A stretch of 64,000 nucleotides of DNA from contig NC_045696.1 in the NCBI RefSeq assembly GCF_009834535.1, positions 8,434,001-8,498,000 on the forward strand, in the 5' to 3' direction. Shown one piece after another: positions 1 through 13,345 of this stretch. Made by a program: the position numbers and the translations under genes. The notes beneath the pieces are model-generated. The model saw only the letters and a program-made list of their open reading frames with translations. It searched no databases and was not told the origin of the DNA. Source of the DNA: Camelus ferus. Its lineage: Eukaryota. The first letter of the stretch is position 1. The number at the start of each line of letters is the position of its first letter.

Positions 1-277
1 ACTTGTGACTTAGCAACTTACTATACACACCTGTCCTGGGATAAGACTCCAGAATCATCATGTTCAGACCTTACAACCTGACCGCATCGACTGACACATT
101 TAAGTTTCAAGCTCAAGACTAGAAAACAATAAATCTCCCAGCAAACCAGAACGCTTCAGAATTCCCTACCGGTCTTCCATGCGTCCCGGGGACTGCGGTT
201 GTCTGACACGTGGGGTGGTTTGGATGCCCAGACATCCATGGAGAGACTTCTCTTTTGTTCTTCCCTTTAGTCTGTCT

Positions 278-374
278 CAGTGGTTCTCAAACTTCAGTGA
301 GCCTCAGAATGGTTACACAGGACTCTGTAGATACAGCCTTGGATCTCATGCTTGGGTTGCAGTTTAAGACCATT
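278..374. mobile_element. Short, internally deleted MER5-like hAT-Charlie remnant
   Basis: Starts CAGTGGTTCTCAAACTT (MER5-type terminal inverted repeat) and ends TTTAAGACCATT, a degenerate opposite end. Confidence 0.4.
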
Positions 375-1520
375 CCAAGGGTGCTTTAGACTTTAACTTT
401 TGCCTTCAGTGCTGATTTTAGAACTTAAACTCCATGTGGATTCTTGGAGCCTAGCGCCATCTGGGCGATAATCCCAAGTCTGATTTTGGGAGGTATTTCA
501 GGGCCCTGCTTCTGAACGTCGGAGGCGGCCAGGAGATGCTCCACGTGAAACTGATTAAATAATTAGAAGGTGATAAGCACTCTGTGGTCATGTTTGTGGT
601 AGAGAGCTCCTGGCATAGCAAGACAGCGGAGACTTTCATGTGAATTTTCAGCTGCCAGTGCAAGAACAGAAGTGGACCTGGGGAATATACAACTAGCTTC
701 GTCTCCACGTGAGGGACAAGGCTGTCACCTAAGTGCTGCACCAGCAAAGGCTTATCATAGTTTGAGTAGAGACAAGTGTTGGGAGAAGCACACAGCTCAA
801 GGCACATAATTATGAACGCCACTCACCTGACCAGACTCAGGCCACAGCTTCCTTAGCCATTACTTTTATAGTCATGTCATCACCTGCCATATTAACATAG
901 ATTCAATTTGAAATTTTGTGGCTTTTTATCCTTTTGATTATATATTTTTTAAATGTTAATTTAATTTATAATTGCAGAAATATTCTAAGCAGAAGGAATT
1001 TATTCCTAGTTTTTGGTGGATTCATATTTAAGACACATTAGAATTTAAACAACTGGGGATCTAATGCATTTGGTGTTGAATAGGAATCACTCCAGACTGT
1101 ACATACTCCATCCTCAAACACTGTGCATGTGGGGTCTGAAGATGAATTAGGTGGTAAAGATGGGAATTTTTTCCTATAAAAAAGGCCCATATCTTGCTCA
1201 ACTTCATGGAATATGTATTATTCCTAAGGAGAATGAGAAAGCACGAAACAGCCTGCATAGCTCCATTTGTGTACATGGTGACTATTTGAAAATAGCACCA
1301 AATGTTGAGTAAAAGAGTTCTCATTGATTATATGGTTCCCAAAGCGCTGTTACAAAATATATCAGATCCTGAAACCTCAACATGTCCTTAGCACAATCGA
1401 TATTAAATACATTATAAAATGCACTTGGTAAAAAAAAAAAAAACTGCACGTAAAGTGAAACACATCTTTAGCAGGAGAGCATCTTACAAAACAGCCATGA
1501 AGATAAAGCTTGGTAAAAAC

Positions 1521-1597
1521 GAAAGGAAGGAAGGAAGGAAGAAAGAAAGAAAGAAAGAGGGAAAGAAGGAAAGAAAGAAGGAAAAAAAGAAAGAAAA
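1521..1597 (+). repeat. (GGAA)n/(GAAA)n purine microsatellite
   Basis: Directly visible GAAAGGAAGGAAGG...GAAAGAAAGA array. Confidence 0.95.
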
Positions 1598-4500
1598 CTT
1601 TGGGAAACCTTGACTCTTGAGCCAGGATTCCCTTGTTAAGTACAAGGAAGAGGATAACAGTTGGGGCTTAAACTTTCTGTGGTCCCTCAACACGCCATGG
1701 GGATGGATGTCTTCACACTGACCACCTGCTTATTTATCTTCAGACTCCAGCATCTTGCCCACTCGTGCTCAGTGAGTGTCTGAGGAAGAAGGGAGTATGT
1801 ACTTTGGGGCAATCTCTAGTCAATGGCAAATACATCACTTAACGTGTGACTCAGCTCACTGGCAGCTCTGGTAATTGAAGTGCTGCTTCCAGGCACGGGG
1901 GCTGCACGGCTTCTGCATCGATTATGAAACGGACCGCACAAGTGCACGCGGCTTTCCCGGGCTGCCTCTGTGTTTCTGGGTCGTGGACTGTGTCCATCCC
2001 GCACTGGCCCAGCTGTGGACGCTGAAGCCCTGCCCAGGCTTTGAGCCTGTTCTAACCAGTGCACTAAAGAGCCCATTTCGACTGGCGAATGGGGCCTGGG
2101 GTGCCTTTCATTTGCTTCTGCCCTGAGTCTGCTGAGACCCAGGTGTTCTGTTTACCCCACATGCAGCCGGCAGCATTATTTAGAAAATCTTCTAATCTCT
2201 CATGAAAGCTGGGGTGAGTGGTCCACTGTTGAGTCTCCTTCCTTAGTTCCCAGTTTATGCACTTGTTTCCCACTGGGATTGGAGTCCTGCCCTGCCCTGG
2301 CTAGTTATGAATTTTGTCACCCCCAGCCTTGTGTCCTCCTTTCTCCACAGGCTCTTGGACCCCCTGGCACTGGCACAGGTTGGATTCTTGGAGGAAGGCG
2401 TGCACAGTCAAAAGCCTGGCTCTCTTTCATCTAAGTCTTGGTCTAGATCTGGGTCTCAGTTCTTGGCAGAATTCCCTCCTCTCTGCATAAGTGAGTTGGC
2501 TGTTATTAGCTTTATGGGTTTTGCTCAAAGCCATATAGTCCTAACTGCCCGTCACTGAAACAAGAACTGTATTACTTCTAACTAAAAATATACTCAATAC
2601 AACAAGAATATTATTCATGTGGACTTAGAGGGGAAGTCCAAGTTGTAGGGTTGGTACATCTTTGGGGGGGTCTCTCTAAGCAATCTTGCATATGTTATGA
2701 TTCCGGTTCTTGGCTTTTGGTGCAACTAAAAAAGGGGAAATTAGAATCTTTGAGCTTTCTATGTTGACAGTACCTCACCATGAAGGTTTTCATTAGTTTC
2801 TTTGTTGAGTTTTTGTTTTTGTTTTTAAGGAATTTTTCCGGAACAGTGGCTACAGAGCCAATCAATTCCCAGTCTGTCTGTCCAAGAATAAAGTACAACT
2901 GCTCCTCCCATCAGCACCAAGGAAATGGGGAAGGGCAATGTTGGACATTGCCTGGACTTGAGGACATTGCCATGGAAGTTCGTTTGATTTCTCAAGTTGA
3001 CATGAGCAGTAAAAATAAACTGAGATTTAAATGTTCTAGGAGAAGTCTAGGGGATGGTGAATTCTTGTTCTTCTCTCTGAGGTATCTCCCCATTGTTCTT
3101 TGGAAGAAGGAAAAGGCTCTCCTCCATGAAAAAGACCAAGTTACCAGACAAAAGGAGTGGGTGGATATAGCCTTCTTTGCAGGGACCAATCACTTGAAAT
3201 CTGCTTTGCAAACTGCCACACTGTCAGCCCTCACTCTCGCGCCTTTCTTTTCTTTCCCATGTTGTCTTTGTGAATTTCACTGCTCTCTCCCCACCATGCC
3301 GGAACCTAGGGTCCAGACGTGTAGTTGGGCGGACATCTGTAGATCAAGCCCCGTACCTTTCACAAGAAGCGAAGCTGTCTTCTTGTGGGCCACTTGCTGG
3401 TGTTTTGGGATGCCTTCGAGAATTGGCTGAGTGATGATGGTTTGTAATTCAAAGATGGATGGTTTATAATCCTAGAGACAACGCTAGCCAAGAAAGTAGG
3501 TTTGGTGTTTGGTTGTTGGGGATGGAGGATTCCAATAGTTTCCTTTACAATTTTTATAGGAAAGGTCAAATGCCAAAACATAGTAGGAGGAGCACAGGGA
3601 GAAGGCTGAGTGTTGGATGAGAATACAGGATTGAATAAGATTTGATGCTTTGAATACTTGTCATGATCATAGGCTGTTCCAAAAATGTGAACTTTCCCAA
3701 CATCTTCATTCATTAATGAAAAATCTGTGACATCTGCAATTGCATTTATCTCTTAAATTTCCTTTCTACTCATAGTGTCGCATAGTCTGGTACTTCATTA
3801 GTAATGATTTTACTGACAGTTCCCTTAAACATTCTCTGAATTCAGGTGGAGGAAGATGGATTTTTAACTAATCTTTTTTGGCATAAACATTTATCATATA
3901 GGAGACTAACTATTCCTTCTATTTTTCATTTGTTTTCTTTGGTATTATCTGACATTAGGTTGTCAGAACAAATTAAGTGGTGAGTGAGCAATAATTGCTT
4001 TGTGATATAAGAAGATGGGTAAAAATTGCTTTTTAACTCAGTTGATGCTGTACTTCCTACATCTAAAATATTTAGGCAGGCAACTGTGCGTTTAGGAGAT
4101 GGGCTCATGGATATATTTATGAACCTGGCCCATCTTTTGAAAATGGGGATTTGTACGGAATAATTTGGATTTGCTGACTTCATAGCTCAGGTTTCCTGGA
4201 TCAGTGCCAATCTCTTCTTCCCTTTGTGCGATGCAAATGTGGTCTTGCCGCTACTGCTTATCTTGTCTGTCTGCTGTACCCTTTCTTCAGGCCATCCACT
4301 AATATTCTCCTTCCCTGCATCTGCTCCCTTGCATCTAACTGAACTTTTAAGAGTGGCTTGATTCTTTTAAAAAATCCATTTCAAAGCCCAATTAGAGATC
4401 AGAGTGACAAACTCTTTAGAACCTCGGGCTCAAAAGGCACCAAGGTACATACAGATGAACCATTTTCCATCGTCATTTCACTGATTATTTATTTCAACCA

Positions 4501-5749
4501 GTTCCGTGGTGAATTCTGGAGGTTTTATCTACGTTATCATTTCAGTGTTGGAAAAATGAAGCAGAACAGTTCTTTTTTTCCCCTCTGTTAATATGTGCAA
4601 TGCTTAGGATTCTTAGTCCTTAGAGCTATTTCTATTCCCAAGAAGACTGGTGAATTGGTTAATGGGTGGGACCTGGCCATGTTAGTATGACCTTGGTTAG
4701 TATCACTTGGAACAGGAAATGTAAAAAAAGAGAAAGTTGCCTCTTAAAAGAGAGGGGAGTTTACTTGGATTTAGCCAAGGGGAGATGTTCAGGCCATTAG
4801 CTGAGTAAGGTAAATTCTCTGGGCTAGAGTTTCCTTGGAAGACCACCCCTTACCAGCGGATAATTGAAACGGGAAACCTGGATTAGCCTAGTTGTGTTTT
4901 CTTACTGTCTACACAGGTAAAACCAAACCAGGAAGAGAAAAAGATTGCTTTTTAGCTTTATTCGACAGATTCATGTGGCAAGTATTAAAACTTCAAGTGC
5001 AAATGTTGGAATTGGGAAACGCTTTAAAGCTTGCCGGGTGTGTACGTATGTGTGTGAGTGCATAGGAGTTTTGGATCCATTTGTTGGAGGGAAATGGGAC
5101 TCAATTATTAGTTTAGAATTGCTTTGTGACACGGGAATCAATGCAGATATGTACCTGTCAATTTTTGGATTGATTAATTAAACAAAGAATCAAAACAGAG
5201 TGAGTGCTTACTCTGTATTGTGTGAGGGTGTTAATGAAATTCCATGGCTACACCACCCAGGGCCCCGGGAGTCTGTGGTCTCAGAGGAGAGAACCAGGAG
5301 AAGAATCAGGACAGAGAGTTCTGATAGCACTGGGGCCCCGAGGGAAGAGGGTGTTCCCAGTAATTTCCTGGAGGGGATGCAGAGGATGAAGAGGAGATGA
5401 AGTGTAGCTTAGTCATGGAGGGAGATGGACAAGAAACCAATGACCTACAGAAGGGCTATGATCTGTGTCAAATGACAGCCAGGTTGAGGCTCTGGAGGTG
5501 TTCTTTGGTTCAACTGGGGAGTTCCTAAAGCTCATAATAATAAGAAAGTGGTCTGTAGCATAATATTTCTTTCTCAAAGAATATTCTATTTGAATTAATG
5601 AATATTTAATCCCAGAGAGCTGGATAGTTTAGACTTTGATCTTTTTCTCAAAGAATTATCTAGCTATCTGGAAATTAATTTTTATCCTTCAATATCTAGA
5701 TAGTATGTGAACAGCTGACCTTCGGAACTCTTTGGATATAGTTGAGAGT

Positions 5750-8220
5750 GTCACACTGTTTTCCATACTGGCCCTGATGTGTCATATTCTATTAATACAA
5801 TGCTTAATAGTAAATGGCCTATGAAGTCCTTGTGTAAATCTCATTAGGTTGGTTGTTCTTCTAAAATAATGTGAAATTCGCTTATGGTATTCGATTTAGA
5901 ATTTTTAGTGTCTATGGTTATGAGATTGGTCTATAGGATTTTTTCTTTTTCTTTGGTTTGTCTCTTTTCTCTGTTTCCTGGTTTTGTTCAGGATTAGACT
6001 GGTTGTATAAATGGTGTTGGCAAGTCTTCTCTATTTCCTATGCTCTGAAGTGATTTATACATTATAAAAATAATCTATTCCTTACTTGAAAGTGTGTCTA
6101 GAAAGCCTGATAATGGTCTGTAACCCCTTGGAGGTAAATTGTGGATAACTTTTCCAATGTTTCTAAAGTTTTGGCTTATCTGAGTGAGATGTTTTTACTT
6201 TTATTTTCTTAAAAGAATCTGTCATTTCTTGAAGACTTTCAAGGGGATTAGCATAGATCTCCTTTTTTAAAATATGCTTTTATATTTTTAAACCTCCTTT
6301 GAATTTGGGGTCATTTTTATATTTTTTTCATTTCTATAGGTATATTATCATTTTCTAATTTAATTTTCTTGTTTTGAGTGACTAGAACTGTGTGTGTATT
6401 TGTTTATGTTTTCCAAAGAATCAATTCCAAGATTTACCTGTTAATTCTACAGTTTGTTCAACAACACTAATATTAAAATTCTTTTCCCTCTTCCTATAGA
6501 TTTGCTTGCTTTTTACATAGAGGGCTTAGTTCTTTTAATTTTATTCTTTTTTTAATACTAAGAGAATTTAAATGTGAACTTTCCTATGCGGACTATTTAA
6601 TCCTACCTTAAAAGTTTTGATAGCTTTAAAATATTACTCATTTTTAAAAAGTCTACTTGTTGGTTGTTTTTAATTTTTTATTAGAGAGTGCTTGTTGATT
6701 TCTATGTAGTAGCTTCCTTTTTTGCTTAAATATTATTCTTAATTATTATAATTAATTATTAATTTCTAATTATTTTTATTTCATGTTATGATATTATGGT
6801 ATTTAACAAATATTTATTATTGTTTTGTATTCATTTTGGATTCCATCTTTTTTGATATAAAATTCCAGTCTTTGTCCTCTTTAATAGTCTACTAAGAATT
6901 CAACTCTGTCATAAATAAAAACATTTCCATACTTCCCTATTTTTTCGATCTGCTTTAAAATTTGTGTAATAAATCTTTCTGCTCTCTCTTAACTTTTCTT
7001 GGTCATTTTATTTCAATATATCTCTTAAGAGCAGGATATGTTTGATTTTTAAAATTCAATTTGATCATCTTTTAATGTTATTTATTTTTGCCATCATACT
7101 TACGGGTTTTTTTTTGGGTAAAATTCTCTTTCTGATGTTTTTTATTCTTTCGAGTTCTTTTTCTGTCCTTATTTTTTAACCTTTACACTCTCCTGTGATT
7201 TTGAGTTGATGTGCTCTAGTTTTAGTTTTCCTAGGGGCTCTTTAAGTTGAAGTAATTTAAAATATGTATTTCTATAATAGTCAAAATTAAGAATGAGATC
7301 ATTTAAAAAAAAGCTTTCTATATCAAGTAAGGGATTTAATGTGTTTTTACTTACTTTTCCCATTTCTGAGATTTAAAAAATATAACCTGTGTCTTTAGAC
7401 TAAGGTTATTGATATTAAATGAGTTTTTTTTTCAGCCTATTCTTTATTTTTAAGAGGTATTTTGCATTTATATTTAGTTTGGTCAGCTAAAGGCTTTTAT
7501 AATCTTTATTTGGATCATTTTTAATGAATTCTCATGTCCATTTAGGTCACAAAATCTTATTTTTTTGAGTCACCTCGATCATTTGGTTTATGTCTCTTAA
7601 TGATCTTTTTTTTTTTCTTTCCTGTTTGAATTTAGGCAAAACTAGTTGTATTTTCTTTTTGTTTTCAGTGTTATGGAAGGAGCATCTGATGCTGCTTTGA
7701 TTTTTGTTCTGTTGTAGAAACTTATTTTTCTTTCCCTTTTCCCCTCTGCCTGGATGCTTGTTCACCTCCTTCTCCATTTATGTGATTTAAGAGTTGTCAG
7801 AAATGTGTTTTGATGGGGGCTTCTCTCATCAGTTTGGGTTGGAACGTGGTGAAAGAACCCTTTTCCTCCACATACTCAGATGTTTTTTGAACTCTAATGT
7901 TTTAGTAACTTATTTTAAATCAAAACTTTCTTTTCAGCCTTTCTGGCTGTACTACCGCCCCAAGAGCTCGCGGTATCTCAGCTGCCGGGTCGGTTCCGCG
8001 ATCTGCCGTCTTCTTGCTCGTCGTTTGTATCTCCTTATCTCTTCCCGTTCACCCCCAACACCCAGCTTTTCTTTCCATCACGGTTTCCTTTTTCTCCACG
8101 GTCAAGTCTGCCTTTAACCAGATTCACAGCGGATTTTTAATTTCAGGTGGCCAGCGCTGTTGCTGTCTTGACATTCTTCCTGGTCTCGCCAGCAACCTTT
8201 GGATTTTGTCCACTTGATTT
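5750..8220 (-). mobile_element. Ancient, highly decayed LINE-1 (L1M-type), ORF2 5' part and ORF1 remnant
   Basis: T-rich. 5890-6060 resembles antisense L1 ORF2 (GAATTTTTAGTGTCTATGGTTATGAGATTGGTCTATAGG...CTGGTTTTG). 7660-7730 and 8100-8150 resemble antisense ORF1. Boundaries approximate. Confidence 0.65.
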
Positions 8221-8327
8221 GCATCCTACAGTTTGGTTCTTTCCCCTCACTCTTTGCTGAGTGGGGTCCGCTCTACCATCTGCCTTCCTGACACACTGAA
8301 CTGGAAGGATGGATGAAAATATGTGAA

Positions 8328-8343
8328 CCCCCCCCCCCCCCCC
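8328..8343 (+). repeat. C16 homopolymer (G16 on the minus strand, G-quadruplex capable)
   Basis: Directly visible. Confidence 0.9.
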
Positions 8344-10779
8344 ATCTCCTGCTGAAGCCCTTGACCCGCCTCAGCACGTGGCACTGCGCTTCCCAGCGGG
8401 AATGCGCCCTCCCTGGTCCCCACTTCCCTGCCATCCCCAAGTCATTTGCTTAGTTTCCTTCTTCAGATAAAAGTATAAAGCGAGGCTCTGAAGGGATTCT
8501 AACCACCTCAAAACTGGCGCCCACACAACGTGGGGATGGCTGCACCGTTTTCTGATGCCCACAGAACTTCGTTTCCGAGGGTGGAGGCAGAAAGCAGGGC
8601 TGAGTGCTGGCGGGGCGGCCGTCGGCCCTGCCTACGTCATCAGCACCACTCCTTCCATATTCCCGTAATAGTCTGTCTGCCGATCATAGTTCCACTCTTC
8701 TTGTGGGTTTCCTTTTTTTTTTTTTTCCTGTATCTTCTTTTCCATATCTTTTTTTTTCTTCTCCGACGTGGAGACTAGGGAAAAACTGCATTTTAAACCA
8801 GAGGTCAATAGCCACGGACTTTTTACTTCAAAGGGGATTTTTCCCACTCTAGCCATCATTCTATGGTGGTGGAACTCAGTTAGTCAGAATTCCCTTTAAA
8901 ATGTCTAGAAATGCCGTAAGACACACAATGGCAAAGGTGAGATGACGTTTCTGGAACAAACTGGGCTGAGTAGTTTGAATTTTCTCCCTAAGTTGTGTTG
9001 TGGAAAACTTGATGTGATGTGGGTCTTACCTTGTCTTGGTGGAAATAAGCCTGGTTGGGGAATCAGAAATCTAGACTTGACCTCTGCTGCCCTAGGAGGC
9101 TGTGGGCTTCTGTTTCCTGACCCAAAAAAAGGAGGGGCTGGGAGAAAAGATCTCTACAGTCCTGTTAATTTGTGTTCTAGATGTTTTGTAATTATAATAA
9201 ATATTGCGTGTTATTTCATTTCTCTGTTGCTTGTCATCACCTGGGGCAGGAAGATGCTGCTGCTTCTGGGACAGGAATGTGGAAAGGTGTGTTTGTGGAC
9301 AGGAGGGAGTGACCTTGTCTTTTGGTACCAGATCTTAAAGTATATCTTTATGCCTTGTGTCGCTCCATTGGATGAACAAGAGGAGGAGTTGCAGCCAAAG
9401 CAGGGGATTTTTCTTTAACGAAATTAGGGCTGACTGAACAAGGGATTGGTTGCTATTATCAGACACTAATGGCCCCTGATAAGGGGTAATCAGATAGCCC
9501 GAAAGGCAGGGTTTAGAGTTAAGTAACCAGGCTCCCTTTATACAGGAGATACGGCATGATCGTGCTTGGAATGGATTCTTGTCTCTGTAAATTTTTAATC
9601 AGCTCAAAAATTTTCATGGAACAATTTACTCCTACCACTCCCCCCTTCTACTTAGCTTCTTTTGACCTTGATTAAGTGGAAATGTGAAAAAAAAATTATG
9701 AAACAATTACTACCAGCCAAAGAACTTTTTGCACAAATCACAAGACTTTTTATATCTTTTTCCCCCCCATAATGTTAGAGTGTGAAGTGCCTTTTGGGTG
9801 AGCTTTTCTTAGCCAAGCATGTATGATTTTTAGAATTGATCTGTATAATCAAAAACATCAGGTTTCAATGTCCTTATCGCACCATCCTTTAAAAAATACA
9901 TTATCTGGCTTTGGGGATTTGATTCCACAGCCACAGGGGGACTTTTTCAGACTCCTTCTGGGGAGATAAACTCCTAAGTTTTAGGGCTGTTTTATGGAGA
10001 TTCCTCCTCTGCTCTTTAAGTCAGTGGGACCTCAAATCTGTCCATGACCAGGGTGGAGACTTTTTCCGTACACTTTAGCCCTCCATCTGCACCACGTGTA
10101 ACTCAAGTTACAAGGGCATGGACACAGGATCTTTTCTTTCCCTAGATATTCTTTCCAGCTTCATATCTGGGCCAGTATCACTCCTTGCCAGCCAAAGTTA
10201 GATGCAGAATCTAGCAAATTTTCTGGAAGCAGACTCAGAGGTGGAATTTGGTGTGTAGTATATTTTTAAGAAACAACACCTGTAAAAGGAACAATGGAGA
10301 GGTAGCATTGGGCAGGACAATACCTCTGTCAACCTGGAGGGGGAGCTCTACTGTGAGGGTCGTGGTTAGAGGAGCCCACTTTGGCTGGAAATGGCTGGTC
10401 CCTGGGTGTACAAGGTCCTGGAAGGCCATGACCTTGGGTGGGGTCTCTCTGAAGCTCAGACAGCTCTGGAGGATGGATAGCTGGGGCGGCAAGCCCTTCT
10501 TTGAAGGAGGATCTGAGCAGTCAGCACATGTCTGTGCCCTTCATATATCTGTCCTTTCCAGTGACCTGTCTTTTCAGTGGGATTGAATTATACAAGACCC
10601 CCAGAGTCTACGGTTAAAGTGTCCACTGAGGGGGCTTAGAATGTGCTTTACAATAGTGTGGGGCACTTATATTACATCTTCCTATGAGAAAGGATTTTAT
10701 ACAACTCCGACTCCGCCATTCCTCTAGTGACGCTGGTACAGTCAGGACGCCTGGCGACTTAACCCTGAGCGAGTCGGTG

Positions 10780-10955
10780 ACACACTGTGGTCACGTCCTT
10801 GCTGTTCACCTTGGGCAAGTTGCTTAACATCTTGAGTCTGTGGTTCCGTCATCTCTACAGTGGGTGAGGCTGACAAGTTCCCACATCTCACAGGGCTGCT
10901 GTGAGAATTATAGATGGGAATGCGTGCTAAGTATCCCAGTGCAGTGTGCACTAGG
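10780..10955 (+). mobile_element. MIR SINE
   Basis: MIR core: CCTTGGGCAAGTTGCTTAAC...TCATCT...CTCACAGGGCTGCTGTGAGAATTA. Confidence 0.8.
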
Positions 10956-11310
10956 GGTTCAACATGGGGACTGGGCTCCTGAAAGAACATCGATCTCTTC
11001 TACAAAAGCTTGTGAGCATCCGTTACAGATCAGGCGTGGAGCTATGCACTTCCTTTCCGTTATCTTATTGAATCCTAGATGCCTTAGTTTACTAGGTCTG
11101 CCTTAATGAGGTACCACCAGCTGAGTGGTTTAGAATAATGGAAGTTTATTGTCTCAATTCTGGTAGTTATGACAACTTCAGTTACACACACTTTACTTAT
11201 GTTGTCCGAGTAATAGTAATATTCAACTTTATTTGAGCATCTTTTCTGTGCCAGGCACTTAGGACCTGAGAATGATTGAGAGTTTTTGAGAGTTTCCATG
11301 TGGAATGGTG

Positions 11311-11910
11311 CTGTCTAGGGAAAACGCACTGCTTTCCTTTACTCTCACACTTCACTTCTGGCCACCAAATGTGTAGGGTTTTTTTCCCCACACTGACCAA
11401 TTATCCAACACCAGCTCGGTGTCCTACAATTCAGTCGAGATCCACAGTTTAAGGGCTCAGTCCCACAAGACTGTCCCCCCACTACCACTTCCAGGTTATC
11501 ACCTGTGCTTCTAACCAACCAGCTATAAATCAGAGCTTCCCGTGACCCCCTCCTCAGATTCGATAATTTGCTAGAAAATCTCAAAGAACTCTGGAAAATA
11601 GATTACTTGCTAGATTGCTGACTTATTATAAAAGGATACAATGCAGGAATAGGCAGGTGAAAGAGATACTTAGGGCAAGGTACGTGGGATGGGGTGTGAA
11701 ACTTCCGTGCCTTTTCCAGGCACATCACCCTCCCGGCACATGGATGCTCACCAGCCCGGAAGCTTTTGAATTCCCATAGTTCAGGGATTTTCTTGGAGGC
11801 TTCATCATCTAGGCATGATCAATTATTAACTCAGTCCTGGAGTACAGGGAAGTGGGACTGAAAGTTCCACGCTTCTCATCGTGGCTTGGTCTTGGTTATC
11901 TGGTTCTTCC
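11311..11910 (-). mobile_element. MER21-type solo LTR, partial
   Basis: Matches remembered MER21 antisense: CACTTCTGGCCACCAA, AGGGCTCAGTCCCACAAGACTG, GCTATAAATCAGAG, GGACTGAAAGTTCCA...TGGCTTGGTCT. Confidence 0.8.
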
Positions 11911-12512
11911 TAGGTGCTCAGTATCTTTGAATGAAAGAAAATATATTTGGATGAAAGAAAGAAGATGAGAACTCTCAGTTCTATCATCTATTAATGCCCT
12001 TGTAATGCAGCTGAAAGAATCTGTGTTTTGATGATAATATATTAAGTTTTTTTCCCTGGAGTTCGCCCGTTATTCAGAAGGCACGAGCTTCTAGGAATTC
12101 TTAATGCAAATGCAGGATATCTTGGGAAAAAATTTTGTACATCACACAGTTTTTGCCAAAGGAGCTAACAGATGTTGGCTGACAGATTCAGAGGATTACC
12201 CATGGATGCTTCTCCGTTTGACAGAGGGGTTGTAAGCACTGACTTGTTCTGTGTTCTCCACTCACTGGTTGAATCAGTCCAGGACTACAGTCACAAAACT
12301 TTAGGCTCAATCAATAAATGATGAAAAGTTAATATTTTTGAGTCCTGCAGACTGCATCTCTCTGAAGCTAGACCAGCACCAAGGTTGTGTCAGAATAATT
12401 CCAGGATGGTTTTATCATTCACTCTGTAGACAAGCCCTCATTCTGTGCACTGTCAGATATAGTGGAGGAAATGAAAAGACAAGAATAAAAATAATAGTAA
12501 TAATTTCTTCAT

Positions 12513-12975
12513 TATGTTGTAGCAGCATTATTCACAATAGCCAATAGGTGAACATAATTCAAATGTCCATCAATAGATCCATGATGAACAAAAACGTGGT
12601 ATATGCACACAATGGAATATTACTCAGTCTTAAAAGGGAAAGGAGTTCTGACACATGCTACAGCATGGATGAACCTGAAAACATTATGCTCAGTGAAATA
12701 AGTGTGACATGAAAGGATGGATACTGCATAATCCCACTTAAACGAGGCACCTAGAGTAGTCAATTTCATAGAGACAGAAAGAAGATCGGTGGTTGCCAGG
12801 GGCTGGGTGAGGAGTGATGGGAAATTGCTTAGTGAGTACTGAGTTTCAGTCATTTAAGACGAAAAGTGTTCTGGAGATTGTTTATACTTAATACTACTGA
12901 ACTGTACACTTAAAAATGGTTAAGATGCTGAATTTGATGTTATGTGTATTTTACCACATGACAAATTTTAAAAAT
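12513..12975 (+). mobile_element. L1MB-type LINE-1 3' end
   Basis: GCAGCATTATTCACAATAGCCAA...CATGGATGAACCTGAAAACATTATGCTCAGTGAAA...CTGAACTGTACACTTAAAAATGGTTAAGATG, then an A-rich tail. Confidence 0.9.
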
Positions 12976-13189
12976 TAACAAGAAAAAATGGTAATAATTT
13001 TAACAAGGGCTATCATTTTTTTCTATGTTTACCATATACCAGACATCTTCTAAATGATTGTATGAGTTAAATACTCTTAGAATACAAGATTATGATGAGT
13101 AATGAGGGATCAAAGCATTTAAGTAACCTGACCCTGGAATACCTATCTGCTTTTAACCAGAAAAGATAGATTTAAAATAAACAGGACTG

Positions 13190-13337
13190 GGAAGACGGTA
13201 TATCTCAGTGGTAAGAGTGTGAGCTTAGCATGCACGAGGTCCTGGATTCAATCCCCAGCACCTCTATTATAAAATAAATAAATAAATAAAACTAATTATC
13301 TCTGCCCCAAAATAAAACCCCTAAAAATAAAATAAAT
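13190..13337 (+). mobile_element. tRNA-Ala(AGC)-derived camelid SINE (Vic-1 type), long form
   Basis: tRNA-like head (CTCAGTGGTAAGAG...CTTAGCATGCACGAGGTCCTGGATTCAATCCCCAGCACCTC) and A-rich tail. TSD AAAATA(A/T)ACAGGACTG at 13174-13189 and 13338-13353. Confidence 0.9.
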
Positions 13338-13345
13338 AAAATATA

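Noticed and set aside
2780..3430. Longest ORF in the window (216 aa)
   Set aside because: No recognisable domain, composition typical of non-coding DNA, and no supporting gene structure
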